Source: Octopus vulgaris (lineage: Eukaryota). From it: a stretch of 124,000 nucleotides of DNA. The position numbers and the translations under genes are program-made. The stretch is taken from the NCBI GenBank assembly GCA_951406725.2, contig OX597819.1, forward strand, positions 25,192,001-25,316,000, read 5' to 3'. Below are positions 28,900 to 42,162 of this stretch, piece by piece. Positions within the stretch are counted from its first letter, which is position 1. Each line of letters opens with the position of its first letter. The notes beneath the pieces are model-generated. The model worked only from the letters and a program-made list of their open reading frames with translations. It was not told where the DNA came from and searched no databases.

Positions 28900-29900
28900 A
28901 ATCATCATCAAGATCAAGATCCCTTAACTGATGCAGCCAATCATTGGGGTGCAACTCCAGAGACCTTTGCAATTAGCTGTTGCCACTGGTCTCTGTTCTC
29001 TGACATGCATTGCAGGATCACAGTGCTGTGACCTGTTCAGTCCTTCTGACATGCATTGCAGGATCACAGTGCTGTGACCTGTTCAGCCCTTCTGACATGC
29101 ATTGCAGGATCACAGTGCTGTGACCTGTTCAGTCCTTCTGACATGCATTGCAGGATCACAGTGCTGTGACCTGTTCAGTCCTTCTGACATGCATTGCAGG
29201 ATCACAGTGCTGTGACCTGTTCAGTCCTTCTGACATGCATTGCAGGATCACAGTGCTGTGACCTGTTCAGTCCTTCTGACATGCATTGCAGGATCACAGT
29301 GCTGTGACCTGTTCAGTTCCTTCTGACATGCATTGCAGGATCACAGTGCTGTGACCTGTTCAGTCCTTCTGACATGCATTGCAGGATCACAGTGCTGTGA
29401 CCTGTTCAGTCCTTCTGACATGCATTGCAGGATCACAGTGCTGTGACCTGTTCAGTCCTTCTGACATGCATTGCAGGATCACAGTGCTGTGACCTGTTCA
29501 GTCCTTCTGACATGCATTGCAGGATCACAGTGCTGTGACCTGTTCAGTCCTTCTGACATGCATTGCAGGATCACAGTGCTGTGACCTGTTCAGTCCTTCT
29601 GACATGCATTGCAGGATCACAGTGCTGTGACCTGTTCAGTCCTTAGTGTTGTTAGATCAGGATTTTCTCTGTCTGCTTCCCTTTTGCTCTCCCTCAATTG
29701 TGCCCCAAAGAATGGCTTTGCTCAGGGAGTTGTTGCAGGATATGTGACTGTACTGGGCAAGCTTTTGTCTTTTTACCTGTGAAAAGAGTGGTTCTTGTCT
29801 ACCTGCATATTTGTTGACTTAGTGTCTCACAATGCTATTCATTTCTTGTTGTGTGTGGCTGTGAGAGCCAGACTCTTGCAGCTGGCATTGTGCAAAGAAT
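28900..29900 (-). mobile_element. RTE-clade LINE 3' end (degenerate) containing the 46-bp array
   Basis: Minus-strand KRQKLAQYSHISCNNSLSKAILWGTIEGEQKGSRQRK...NRDQWQQL matches the typical RTE C-terminus; GATCTT/GAT tail near 28905. Confidence 0.7.
29001..29645. repeat. 46-bp minisatellite, 14 near-identical copies
   Basis: Unit TGACATGCATTGCAGGATCACAGTGCTGTGACCTGTTCAGTCCTTC; period checked (29001, 29047, 29093). Confidence 0.97.
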
Positions 29901-32597
29901 CCAGGTATTTGAGCACAAGTGCCCTTCAAGGCTGCTACATAACCCGCACACAGAGCACAAACCGAACAGCTAATTTACTACACAAATCCTTTAAAATTAT
30001 AGTTGCATATAATTAATTACTACACGAAGGGCATTGCACTACTTCTTGTAATATGCTATTTTAATTTTTCTTTAATGACTTAATCAGGGGAGGAAGATGG
30101 ATGCCCTTGACTCTTTGCAGGGGCCCCAAAGCTGATGGTTGGAGTGAAGAGAGAAAGTCATCTCCAGATTTGAGACCGTGACCAAATACATGTAAGAGTA
30201 AACTCTGCTAAGAGTACCTAATAACAAACCCTGGCAATGATTTAAGTCTACCAGTAAAAAGCAAATATAGACCAATTGAATTTCAAGCAGCTTCTATCTC
30301 ATAAATTCCACTCACAACTTACGGCTTTGGTAGAAGACCCTTGACCAAGTTGCTACAGAGTGGGATAGAACCTGAAACCATGACGTCTCAAAACAGACTT
30401 CACAAACACCTGACCATACCTATTTCTTTATTACCCACAAGGGGCTAAACACAGAGGGGAACAAACACCTGACCATACCTTTGCACGTGCACACACATAC
30501 ATGCATGCATGCACACATACATGCGTCCCCCCACACACACACACATACAGAGAAGATCCTCTTGTCTTAGATGACAGATGAGAGATCCCTAATTTCTTGA
30601 TGACCAACCTGCTCAGGTGATTTTTTTTTTCTTTTTACTTGTTTCAGTCATTTGACTGTGGCCATGCTGGAGCACCGCCTTTAGTCGAGCAAATCGACCC
30701 CGGGACTTATTCTTTGTAAGCCCAGTACTTATTCTATCGGCCTCTTTTGCCAAACCGCTAAGTGACGGGGACCTAAACACACCAGCATCGGTTGTCAAGC
30801 AATGCTAGAGGGACAAACACAGACACACAAACACATACACACACATATATATATACATATATACGATAGGCTTCTTTCAGTTTCCGTCTACCAAATCCAC
30901 TCACAAGGCTTTGGTCGGCCCAGGGTTATAGCAGAAGACACTTGCCCAAGATGCCATGCAGTGGGACTGAACCCAAAACCATGTGGTTGGTTAGCAAGCT
31001 ACTTACCACACAGCCACTCTTGCGATTTGTTAATAGTGATCAAATGTTTGTGCTGTTCATTAGCTCAATCGCTCTCTCATATTGACATTGTCTGTACAGT
31101 TAAACAGTGTGCTTCATGTCAGATGTTGAAGTGATTGCAGAGTAGCATGAAATGAGCCATTTTGCTCAAGGACACCACCTAATAGCCTTAAACAGGGAAT
31201 CTAATGAGCATCAAAGACAGTTGGTGCACTCCTGGCAGTCAGCTATCATAGGGTAGACAAACCCTTCTCAATTCAGTTCAGGCGAGACGAATTTGGATGT
31301 GTGAAATTTAAACAAAGAGTAAAGATGATGGTGTATAGAATATACACATTTAATACTTCTTATTCCAACACATTATAAAGATCTTATAATTTCTAGTCCA
31401 GCCCTAGACTGCTCTCATGCAAGAAATAGCAGCCAGATTTTCCCCAAAGCATACATTATCATCTTAAAGAAGAACGGACACCACCTGGTCTGAGAATTGA
31501 AACCACAATCTTGTGATGATCATGAGTGTGACATCCTAATCACTGAGACCATGGACCTTCACTATATGTGTGTGTGTGTATTCAATAGGATAAGGTTCAG
31601 CTACATTGGTGTTTAGATTATTGGCTGTGAAATAACAGATGATATAGCATGGACTAAATATTTAGCAATACATTCCAAATCAAAATCTTGTATACTGGAT
31701 GGGCAACTTTGCCTTTTATCCATATTTTAACACTAAAATCAATACCAGTTACATACTGCTGTTAATTCAGATAGCTATAGCCCCAGAAAATGTGCTTACA
31801 GAAGACAGGATCATGGAAAATTGAAGTAAGAGTGAATGTGAAATCTGGTTTTGTTGAATATATTTCTACAGAGAAGTGGCTTTTGAGTTATAGAAATAAA
31901 ACTGGTGTATACTAAAATCAATGCAGACAGCCTCTTAAAAGAAACAAGCATGAATATCTACCAAATCCCTTAAGACTGCATGAATTGAAAGTCTTTGATT
32001 TACTATGTGTGATGTGGTGTGACTTTATAACAGTTTGAATCCACTATGTGTTTATAAGTATAAATATACTTATATATGAATATACCAACACACAAACACA
32101 CACACACACACACATACACACACACACACATGCATGCATGCATACACATACTGACTTATACATATGTAGATTCATAATATAGCAATAAATATGTTTTGTG
32201 AATTACAGAGAAGAAATTCAATATCTGTTGTTGGAATAAGTGTTTTGTCAGGACTGCCATAACAGTGACACAAATAGTATATAAATGCCACAAAATACAT
32301 GAATAATTTATTTCTCATTAATTTCCATCCACCCCAGCCTACTTTTAACCGGACATATCACAGACCTCCCCCCCCCCCGCAAAAAAAAAACAATGAGCAT
32401 TATTTGAATGATTTGTGTTATCCAATATCTTTTCTAAACAAAGCATTGTTGCGTAGAGAAGTTAAAGGAGGAAAACACGTGCATCCAAATCTTATGGGTT
32501 TTTTTTAAAGATGGGTTAGACTTCTTTAAATAAATAGGAAGCACATTTAACAATAGATAATAATGGTTTTTCACATAAACCCAAGGATCTGAAATTT

Positions 32598-33000
32598 ATT
32601 GCCGGTGGCACGTAAAAACCACCATCCGATCATGGCCGTTTGCCAGCCTCGCCTGGCCTCCGTGCCGGTGGCACGTAAAAAGCACCATCCGACCACGGCC
32701 GTTTGCCAGCCTCGCCTGGCCTCCATGCCGGTGGCACATAAAAAGCACCATCCGATCGTGGCCGTTTGCCAGCCTCGCCTGGCCTCCGTGCCGGTGGCAC
32801 GTAAAAAGCACCATCCGACCGTGGCCGTTTGCCAGCCTCGCCTGGCCTCTGTGCTGGTGGCACGTAAAAAGCACCATCCGACCGTAGCCATTTGCCAGCC
32901 TCGCCTGGCCTCCCTGCCGGTGGCACGTAAAAAGCACTATCCGACCACGGCCGTTTGCCAGCCTCGCCTGGCCTCTGTGCTGGTGGCACGTAAAAAGCAC
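32598..33000. repeat. 63-bp tandem array (~6.4 copies) inside a family E element
   Basis: Unit GCCGGTGGCACGTAAAAAGCACCATCCGACCACGGCCGTTTGCCAGCCTCGCCTGGCCTCCGT. Confidence 0.92.
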
Positions 33001-33599
33001 CCGCTACACTCATGGTGTGGTTGGCATTAGGAAGAGCATCCAACCGTAGAAACATTGCCAGATCAGACTGGAGCCTGGTGCAGCCTTCTGGCTTCCCAGA
33101 CCCCAGTTGAAACGATGATGATGATGATGATGATGTATGATGAGGTTATGGGATATTTATGCCTCAACCAAGAACATTGTAGGTATGTTTTATTGACATA
33201 ACTAAAAAATAGCAGTGAGCTGAAAGAATTGTTGCCATGTTGGACAAGATGCTTAATAGCAGTTCTTCCAGCTTTACACTCTGAGTTCAAATTCTACCAA
33301 AGTTGATTTGCTTTTCATCTTTTCTGGGTTGATAAAATAAGTACCAGTTAAACATTGGGGTTGATGTAATAAACTATTCCCCTCCTCCAAAATTCCAGCT
33401 TTTGTGCCTGTAGTAACTAATTTATAATCAAAGTCAGTTCTTAGATTAAGCAACCAATAAATAATCGCTGCTCCATAGGACTTGAAGAATTAACCTTGCT
33501 TAATGTTTGTAGCTTGAATTTGTTACAAAATTTGAATGGTCTGGTCTATATTTTAGGGATAGAAATCCAATGTTGTGGAGTTCATGTTATGTATGCATG

Positions 33600-34060
33600 T
33601 TCATTATTTAGTTCAAACGTAAAATCTGTGCTTTTGTATGGCTCTGAAACATGGAGAGCCACTTGCAGCAACTACAAGAAGATCCAGACCTTCATCAACA
33701 AATGTCTCCAGCAGATCTTCCATCTGAAGTGGTTCGACAGAGTGCCAAACACCGACCTGTGGGAAAGGGCCAGCCAGGAGCCCATACATGTTCAGATTAG
33801 ACAAAGGAAATGGAGATGGATCGGGGACACACTACGGAAAGAACCCTCAAATGTGACCCGACAAGCACTTGACTGGAACCCGCAGAGGAAAAGGAAGCGA
33901 GAATGCCCGAAGCAGACATGGAAGCGGAGCATTTTGGATGAGCTCAGGACCACCGGCCTGACATGGGAAGCAGCCAAGAAACATGACAATGGTCGCAAAA
34001 AGTGGAAAACAACTGTTGAGGCCCTATGTTCCAGAAGGGGCAAAAAGGATTAAGAAGAAG
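33600..34060 (+). mobile_element. RTE-clade LINE, 5'-truncated 3' end
   Basis: SVLLYGSETW...FINKCLQQIFHLKW...RKWRWIGDTLRK...QALDWNPQRKRKRECPKQTW; GAAGAAGA tail. Confidence 0.92.
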
Positions 34061-35913
34061 ATGTATGTTCATTGAGTCTTGAACTGAAAGATGTTTATAG
34101 TTAACTAGGGGCAACTTGGAGCAAAATAACAGCCTTTTACCTGGTTTTAATTTTATTTAGTATCAGATCATCTCTGATCAAAATGAGATATGGAGTAAGA
34201 ACTTTCTAGCTATGACCATCTCGCGTTCCCTTCTAACGTAGCATATCTAGGACTATACTATCTACGTATGTTCTTCTTTAAGATGATAAGGTATGCTTTG
34301 GGGGAAAATCTGGCTGCTATTTCTTGCATGAGAGCAGTCTAGGGCTGGACTAGAAATTATAAAATCTTTATAATGTGTTGGAATAAGAAGTATGAAATGT
34401 GTATATTCTATACACCATCATCTTTACTCTTTGTTTAGATTTCACACATCCAAATTCGCCTCACCTGAACTGAATTGAGAAGGGTTTGTCTACCCTATGA
34501 TAGCTGACTGCCAGTGGGGCACCAACTGTCTTTGATGCTCATTAGATTCCCCGTTTAAGGCTATTAGGTGGTGTTGAAGTGTATTAGCTGATACTAGAGC
34601 ATTGAAAGAGAAATGGCTTTATTGGTTATCTGATAATTTTGGAGACACCTGACAACGGAAGGTATTCATAGTAGATCAAGACCAAAGGAATACATGGCAA
34701 GAAATGGTCATGTCATTTCATTAGAATGATGATCTTCATAGAAGTGATGATACAGAATTGAGAACAATGGTAATCTGTTGTTATATTGAGCATGTAGCTT
34801 CTAATATTGCCTTGGGTTGATCAATGCTTTGTGAGGGAAACTGGTGTGTGTGTGTAGTCATTTCCTCTACTCATATGAGATTACCTGAGCAAATAAATAA
34901 ATAAATGAAATGATGTCAATTTGTTTTCATTCCTGGCGAACATTATGATCTCTAGCTCTGTCCTCTCAAAAATAGTGGTATAAAATACAAATACCTTACT
35001 TGTAAAACAAACACGAGTTGGCTGTAGGAACCATGTCTGGTTATAGAAATAATGATTAAAATTAATATCCATCTAACCTATGCCAGCATAGGAAAACAGA
35101 TGTAAAGCAAATGAACGTATGAAAGAATATTGTAAGTGCAGAGTTTACAATTACTTGGGGAACATTAAATAGATACTAGACTTGTGAGATGTTCTGAAAC
35201 ATGTTATTGATGACATCCATGCTGGATCTAACCAAGATCAACCCAATCAGATTTGTTCTACAACAATAACAACTAAATCTACTACGAAAGGACTGAACCA
35301 GCACTAAGCTACTATTCACTACTACAACACTAATGGGATAGTGCACAGTTTTACCATCAATCTATTATTACCTTAATGAGAAACTTCAGTTTATTTGAGG
35401 TGTGATAAATTACATTAACTAGAAATCCATTAAATTCTATCATTAAACTAAGCTCTAATTGCTGATACGACTTCAGATGAGAGTAAGTTTGTGTGTAGAC
35501 GTTATTAACCTCTTTCCACATTAACCTACAAAATATTAAACACACCAGCAGCTATTTAATGTCATCAATTAGTACATTAGATGACAGTATGAAGTATCAT
35601 GAAAGTGACCAACTGGCCAATAAAAACATTAAATATCCGTCTCACCATTTGAGAACTCTCTTGATTTATTGGTTTAGATAAAGAACACAGACTTTAGGAA
35701 TTGATTTTTTTTTTTTTTTACTTTTCTCTCATTAAATTATGACATTTACTTATTGTATATTTGTTTGATATCTGTTTATCTGTTATAATAAATCTGTGAA
35801 TGAGAGTATTGCTTGTATACACTACACTTTTTCAAGATCAGTGACGAAAAGTCACTGGAAAAAGTGATATAAATATTTGCATTGGGACCCTTCCATCGAA
35901 AACCGGTGATTGT

Positions 35914-35958
35914 CGTGTGCTGATGACGGGTCAATATCCAGAAACTGCAGTCCGTGCG
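35914..35958 (+). ncRNA. Type-I hammerhead ribozyme motif (C.A variant at stem II base)
   Basis: CGTGTG-CTGATGA-C-GGG.TCAATA.TCC-A-GAA-ACTGCAGT-C-CGTGCG: palindromic stem III, GUC triplet, wobble-rich stem I. Confidence 0.6.
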
Positions 35959-37045
35959 TATCACTTAGGTTGACGAAGGAAGGATGACCTCCCTTTGCAA
36001 ATACCGATAGGGCACAGAAAGTGTGCCTCTAGCCAGCTGGAGAAGATGTTCTCCTGGGGCTACAAGCTACAGTAACATCCACCCTTAGTGGTTAGCCATA
36101 TTGAGATGGCAAATATACTTCACATTGTTTGTCTGTTATTTTGATTATATGAAGTCTTAACTGTAGAAAGTGTATTAAGGGGCAGGAGTAGCTTAGCTTA
36201 GTGTAGCCATCACTTGCAAGCAAGATTGATTTGGTAACACATACCATGCTTTCACTAACTATTATAGGTGCTTATATAGTTACAAGGAGACTCAGGCACC
36301 CACTCAGCAGTCCCAACCTTTACCCAGCATTAAAACCAGGATGTGAATGCCAAAGGAAGAAAGGACTGAACCAGCACTAAGCTACTATTCAGCTTCAGCT
36401 AAGTAATCTAGGGCAGTGCTCTGCAAGCTTTTTTCACTTGCAGTATGCTTGTATTCTTTTCAAAATGTAGTGGCACACCTGAGCTAAAAATATAACTAAA
36501 AGTATAGGAAAAATAATTATATTCAGGTTACACTGCGGCACACCTGGCATCATCTCGTAACACACCAATGTGCTGTGGTATGCTGGTTGCAGAGCACTAG
36601 TCTAACACAAAGCGAAGTAAAGTTCTTTGCTCAAAGATACAACACATTATCTGATTGTGAAATTGAACCCAAGACTTTATGATTGTGGTCCCAGCACCCT
36701 AACCACTAAGCCTGTTAGCTTTTAGTACACAGAGTATCTAACATAATAAGAGATACTGCTATGCATTTATTCATATTTCTATACTAGCATGAGTTAAATG
36801 AATACATATTATTAAGACATTGTTTTACAGCCAGATGTCCTTCCTGTGACTAACTCTTACCTGTTTATCAAGTGAATGAGAGTTCATTCCACTTGAATTT
36901 GGAAGTTCTTGAGCTACTGGATGATTTGTTGACAGGGAAAGGTCAACAAAGGTTATCAGCCATGGCTAGGTGATTTTCATACAAAACACAAAATCTAAAG
37001 ATTCACACATGCACACATGTATATAAATATATGCCCTCTGCCATT

Positions 37046-37108
37046 AAAGCCTGACGAATCATCTATAGAGCTTAAGTGCATTATGGATGTGAAACCATTG
37101 GTCACTCT
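37046..37108 (+). ncRNA. Degenerate hammerhead motif (core intact, stem I damaged)
   Basis: CTGACGA 37051-57, extended stem II, GAAA 37091-94, ACCA.T.TGGT stem III, GUC; stem I AAAGC/ACTCT has two mismatches. Confidence 0.45.
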
Positions 37109-37732
37109 GTGACTGGACATATATTTAACTGTATGTAAATACATTACTGCTCTACACTTTAGAGCGTGCTTTTTTTTCGGATATATGATCCACTGATGAT
37201 ATATATATATATGGGCATGGCTGTGTGGTTAGGGAGCTTGCTTCCTAGTTACATGGTTTCGGGTTCAGTCCCACTGCGTGGCACTCTGGGTAGGTGTCTT
37301 CCACTATAGCCTCGAGCCGACTGGAGCTTTGTGATTGAATTCGGTAGGTGGGAGTTGCTGCCGTGTGTGTATATGTGCGGGTAGGTGCTTGTGCCTCTCC
37401 GAAAGAGAGAGAGGGATATCACGTGATCTTGTGACTGACCAGGCTATCAGATGTTGCTACACATCGCTGGTCACAATGCACTTCGCATTGTTTTAGCCTT
37501 CAAATGACACCACCGCGCTGGCTAAGTGAGCAAGCCAACAGAAGAAAGAGTGAGAGAAAGTTGCGGCGAAAGAGTATAGCAGGGATCGCCAATACCCCAC
37601 CCCACTGGTGGAGCCTCGTGGAGCTTTTAGGTGTTTTTGCTCAATAAGCACTCACAACGCCTGGTCTGGGAATCGAAGCCGCGATCCTATGACCGCGAGT
37701 CCGCTGCCCTAACCACTGGGCCATTGCGCCTC

Positions 37733-37765
<33 letters not shown>

Positions 37766-40139
37766 CAGTCTGTCTGTTCAACATGTTTCATTCAATTTCC
37801 ATCTATAAAATTCACTCACAAGCATTGGTTGATCTGGAGCTATAGTAGATAATACTTACCTAAGGTGCTGTGCAGTGAGATTGGGTTTGAAAATAATCGT
37901 CAGTGAAATAAACTTTTTAACTACAGCCATGACCACACCTTGCTAGGTTGCTTCATTTCCATGTTTATAACATTTCAGAAAATTCTTGACATCATGCCCT
38001 CAACTTCACTTGCCTAAAAATGATTTACTTTTGTATCTCATTCTACTAAAGACCTAGTTGGTTTACTAAAGGCTTACTTCTGCTCTATGATACACTTTCT
38101 GCTGTTGAGATTTCATATAATGAAAATAATAACTAAGATGGTGGAGGTGCAATGGTCCAGTGGTTAGGGCAGCGGGCTTGCGGTTGGAGGATCACGGTTT
38201 CGATTTCCTGACCGGGCGTTGTTTGTGTTTATTGAGCGAAAACACCTAAAAGCTCCACGAGGCTCTGGCAGGGGGTGGTGGCGACCCCTGTTGTACTCTT
38301 TCACCACAACTTGCTCTCACTCTTTCTTCCTGTTTCTTGAGTAATGCTGCCATGGACTGGCGTCCCGTCCAGCTGGCAGGGGGAACACATATGCCACAGA
38401 GACTGGGAAACCGGGCCCATGAGCCTAGCTAGGCTTGAAAAGGGCACATAAAATAAAAATGTTAACTAAGATGTCATAATAGAATAAGCATTAAGGAAAA
38501 ACTACAACAATGGTTATTGAGTTGGAAGGAAACAATACCAATCAACTGTGGTAACTTAGGTTTGTCATGAGACCTAGGACTCATAAGGCCTGAGCTAAAC
38601 TTAGTTTGCATGGTGTATAAGTGACTGGGATTACAAAACTTCCCACTGGATGGGCTACCAGTCCTTTAGAGAATTAACTCTAAAGGATTGGTTAGAGTCC
38701 TTTAGAGATTTAAAACTGAGAGGACTGAACCAATGTGAAATGAAATCATCGTCATCATTCAACATCCGGTGTCCTCTTATGCCTGACTTCACTCTCAGAA
38801 CAATACCAATGTGTCAAACATGTACACTTACATTACACATATAGCAGAACATACTAGCCCCTTTGCATGTCCTCTGCGTTCAGGGCCCACGTCTCACTAT
38901 CATGTAGAATTGCTGTCCATATACATGCATCATACACTCTTCCTTTCACTCGGAGAGAGCACCACCCAGTCTAATAATCTGAAACATGATTGTAAGTTCC
39001 TGAGTGCAACACCCTTATCTCTAGGCCATGCACCTTAACTCTTTGACAGCACCCCAGAAAAAAAGAAAAAATCTTTTTCAGCACCTGAGCACTGTATATA
39101 ATAATTTTATTATTATAGTATTAAGATAAGCTATTTTTAAGTCTCAGTCAGAGAGAGGGTTACACTGTTGACCCCTACTGCAAGGTGTCTGAGGTTAATG
39201 GGAGCAAAATGGCAGATAAACCACAATTAATGGCTTATTCTCAAACTAGAGACCTGCTCTGAATGCTTATAGCAGAGTAGTCTCTGCTAAAGTCACACAT
39301 GGTCAGATGGTGGTGTTCAGCTAGGTGTTTGCTGATGATTTCAAAACAGAATGAAATGATATACATAACTACCTATTACTAATAGAAAAAAGAAAACTAT
39401 TCAGAAAAACTGCTATAGCCCTGGGCCAACCAATGCCTTGTGAGTGGATTTGGTAGACTGAAACTGAAAGAAGCCTGTCGTATATATGTATATATATATA
39501 AGTGTGTGTGTATATGTTTGTGTGTCTGTATTTGTCCCCCTAGCATTGCTTGACAACCGATGCTGGTGTGTTTACGTCCCCGTCACTTAGCAGTTCGGCA
39601 AAAGAGGCCGATAGAATAAGTACTGGGCTTACAAAGAATAAGTCCCAGGGTCGATTTGCTCAACTAAAGGCGGTGCTCCAGCATGGCCGCAGTCAAATGA
39701 CTGAAACAAGTAAAAGAGTAAAAGAGTAAAGAGAGTAGATATGTATATTCTGTGCATCTTCCTTGTTCCATTTAGATTTAGGATTTGAACTCCTCACTCT
39801 GTCATGATTTATCATTCATCAACAAGTGATTATCTCCCTTAAAGTAACTGCCACCCAGGTACCACATGTTCAAAAGACTCAAGTGTTTTCAGAATAATGA
39901 AATGCATTTCAGAAACATTTTTGAATTCATTATAAAAAAAATCAAATAGACAATGATAATAATTCAAGATATATAATATGTAAATATACTTTTAGCTTAT
40001 ATTATATCATTTTGCGATAGACCTGAGTAAGTCTTTTCCAGTTTTGGATAAATTCTTAGCAAGGTTAATCCCTTGCAGATGGATTTAGTACTGACAGTTT
40101 GTGCTGTGTACTGGTATTAGATGTACAGTAACTACATAA

Positions 40140-40290
40140 TTTTTCATATAAAGAACTTTACAGTGTTTTCACAAATACTTCTCAGTGTGGTATATTTGAA
40201 AAACCACAGTGCCACACAGAACAGGACATCACACTGCTCTCACACAGTGTCTTGATGTGGTCGATACCACTCCCCGTCTGCAAAGAGCCT
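40140..40290 (-). mobile_element. Possible piggyBac transposase C-terminal Cys-rich remnant
   Basis: Frameshifted EQCDVLFCV / CGFQIYHT resembles C..CDV.LC...CF..YHT; short and degenerate. Confidence 0.35.
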
Positions 40291-41151
40291 ACAAGAAAAT
40301 GAGTTAGTTTTATGTTATGAATTTTTAAAGCAGCGGTGAGGGGCACCCCTCATCCAATTCAAACTTGAAACCTTTGATACTCTTTGCTAATGGTGTCTTT
40401 AATAAATGATAAAAACAAACAAACAAATGATTTGTATCTTAATACCAAAACAGTTATTTAATACACATCACATATTTATGAATTTGTAACATTAAAAATA
40501 CATTATTTCTTTTAGTGCAGATGTCCTCTCCATGGTTTCTTAACTTACATTTCACTCTTGGTTCTACAAACGTTCCCTACCCTTGATTTAATGAAAGTGA
40601 GAGCAGTGAAGTATCACAAGCAGTTGAGCTCTGATCACATATATGTGACTAGTGATATTTAGTTACGTTCCTCAATGTACTGAGTTCAAATTATGTCAGG
40701 GTCAGTTATGTTGTTTATCCCATATATCAAGATGATTTCAAATGACTTATCCTTTGAAAGGCTGTGACCCAAAATCCATAAACTAGATGATAGTGTATAG
40801 ATCCAATGATTTTATAAGCTGTTGATGGAAAACTAAATGAAAGGGAACTATAACTGAACTAATATATACATACATATATATATAAATCTTTAGGTAAATA
40901 TATTCAATAAGAATATTATATACTGAGTGCTCCATTGTATAAAAATATTAATACTATTAAAGTATTTATATATTTAATACCAGCGATATATACATATATT
41001 TTTTTATAATATATTATCATTAATAAAGAAAACCAATATCCAAACACATCATAACGATATACCCCCGTGAAAGAAATTCTTGTATTAAAAATATAAATAT
41101 AATGTATAAAATAAATTTGATAATTTAAAAATTTTGAATCAATTATTTAAG

Positions 41152-41243
41152 CATCTTACGATCGTTTCGCAGAAGAGTTGTCCCTATAATGAAATCCTAT
41201 ATTGATAAGCATTTATAGACAACCCGTCTGCTCTTCAGAGATA
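41152..41243 (-). ncRNA. Type-I hammerhead ribozyme with long stem II
   Basis: Minus: TATCT-CTGAAGA-GCAGA...TCTGC-GAA-ACGATCGT-A-AGATG; stem II extends via GGG/CTC, TTGTC/GACAA, CTATA.ATG/CAT.TATAG. Confidence 0.8.
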
Positions 41244-41839
41244 TAAAATATGAATATTGTATAATACATCGAATAATAATCTTAAAAAAAAATTGAAGTA
41301 AAATTGTAAAATGGTGTTTGTTTGAAATGTAAAATCTTATTTATTTTATACATTATATTTATATTTTTATATTTATTTATTTATATATATTTTTAATAGA
41401 ATAATTTCTTTCACACGGGTATATCGTTATAATGAGTTTGGATATTGATTTTCTTTATCATTAATAATAATAATAATATATTATTAAAATATATATCATT
41501 ATCATCATCATCATCATCGTTTAGCGTCCGCTTTCCATGCTAGCATGGGTTGGACGGTTCAACTGGGGTCTGGGAAGCCAGGAGGCTGCACCAGGCCAGT
41601 CAGATCTGGCAATGTTTCTACGGCTGGATGCCCTTCCTAACGCCAACCACTCCGTGAGTGTAGTGAGTGCATTTTACGTGCCACCGGCACAGGTGCCAGG
41701 CGAGGCTGGCAACGGCCACGAACGGATGGTGCTTTTTATGTGCCACCGGCATGAGGCCAGTTGGGGCGGCGCTGGGTATGTATATGTATCTGTATATATG
41801 TATATATATACATATATATATATAGATATATATATATAC

Positions 41840-41870
<31 letters not shown>

Positions 41871-41894
41871 CATACATATATATATATACATACA

Positions 41895-41980
<86 letters not shown>

Positions 41981-42162
41981 ATTGTTAAAGAGGACAACAA
42001 ATACTAAAGCAGGACAAACACTTCAAATCATATACAATATTGTTATTGGAAAAAATTCAAAGGCTAACAGCTGTTTCTGGGATATCCCTGAAGATGGGAT
42101 ATTCCCTCATCACAGACAAATAAGGAAAATGAGTATGGCCAAAACCTATCAAAGTATATATA

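Noticed and set aside
29001-29645. 46-bp palindromic repeats as a CRISPR-like array
   Set aside because: No unique spacers, eukaryotic context, derived from RTE sequence.
32571-33055. Overlapping 21-aa-repeat ORFs
   Set aside because: Arise from the 63-bp array inside a non-coding repeat family.
39332-39370. CTGATGA...GAAA hammerhead-like spacing
   Set aside because: Stem I does not pair and stem II has a terminal mismatch; likely chance.
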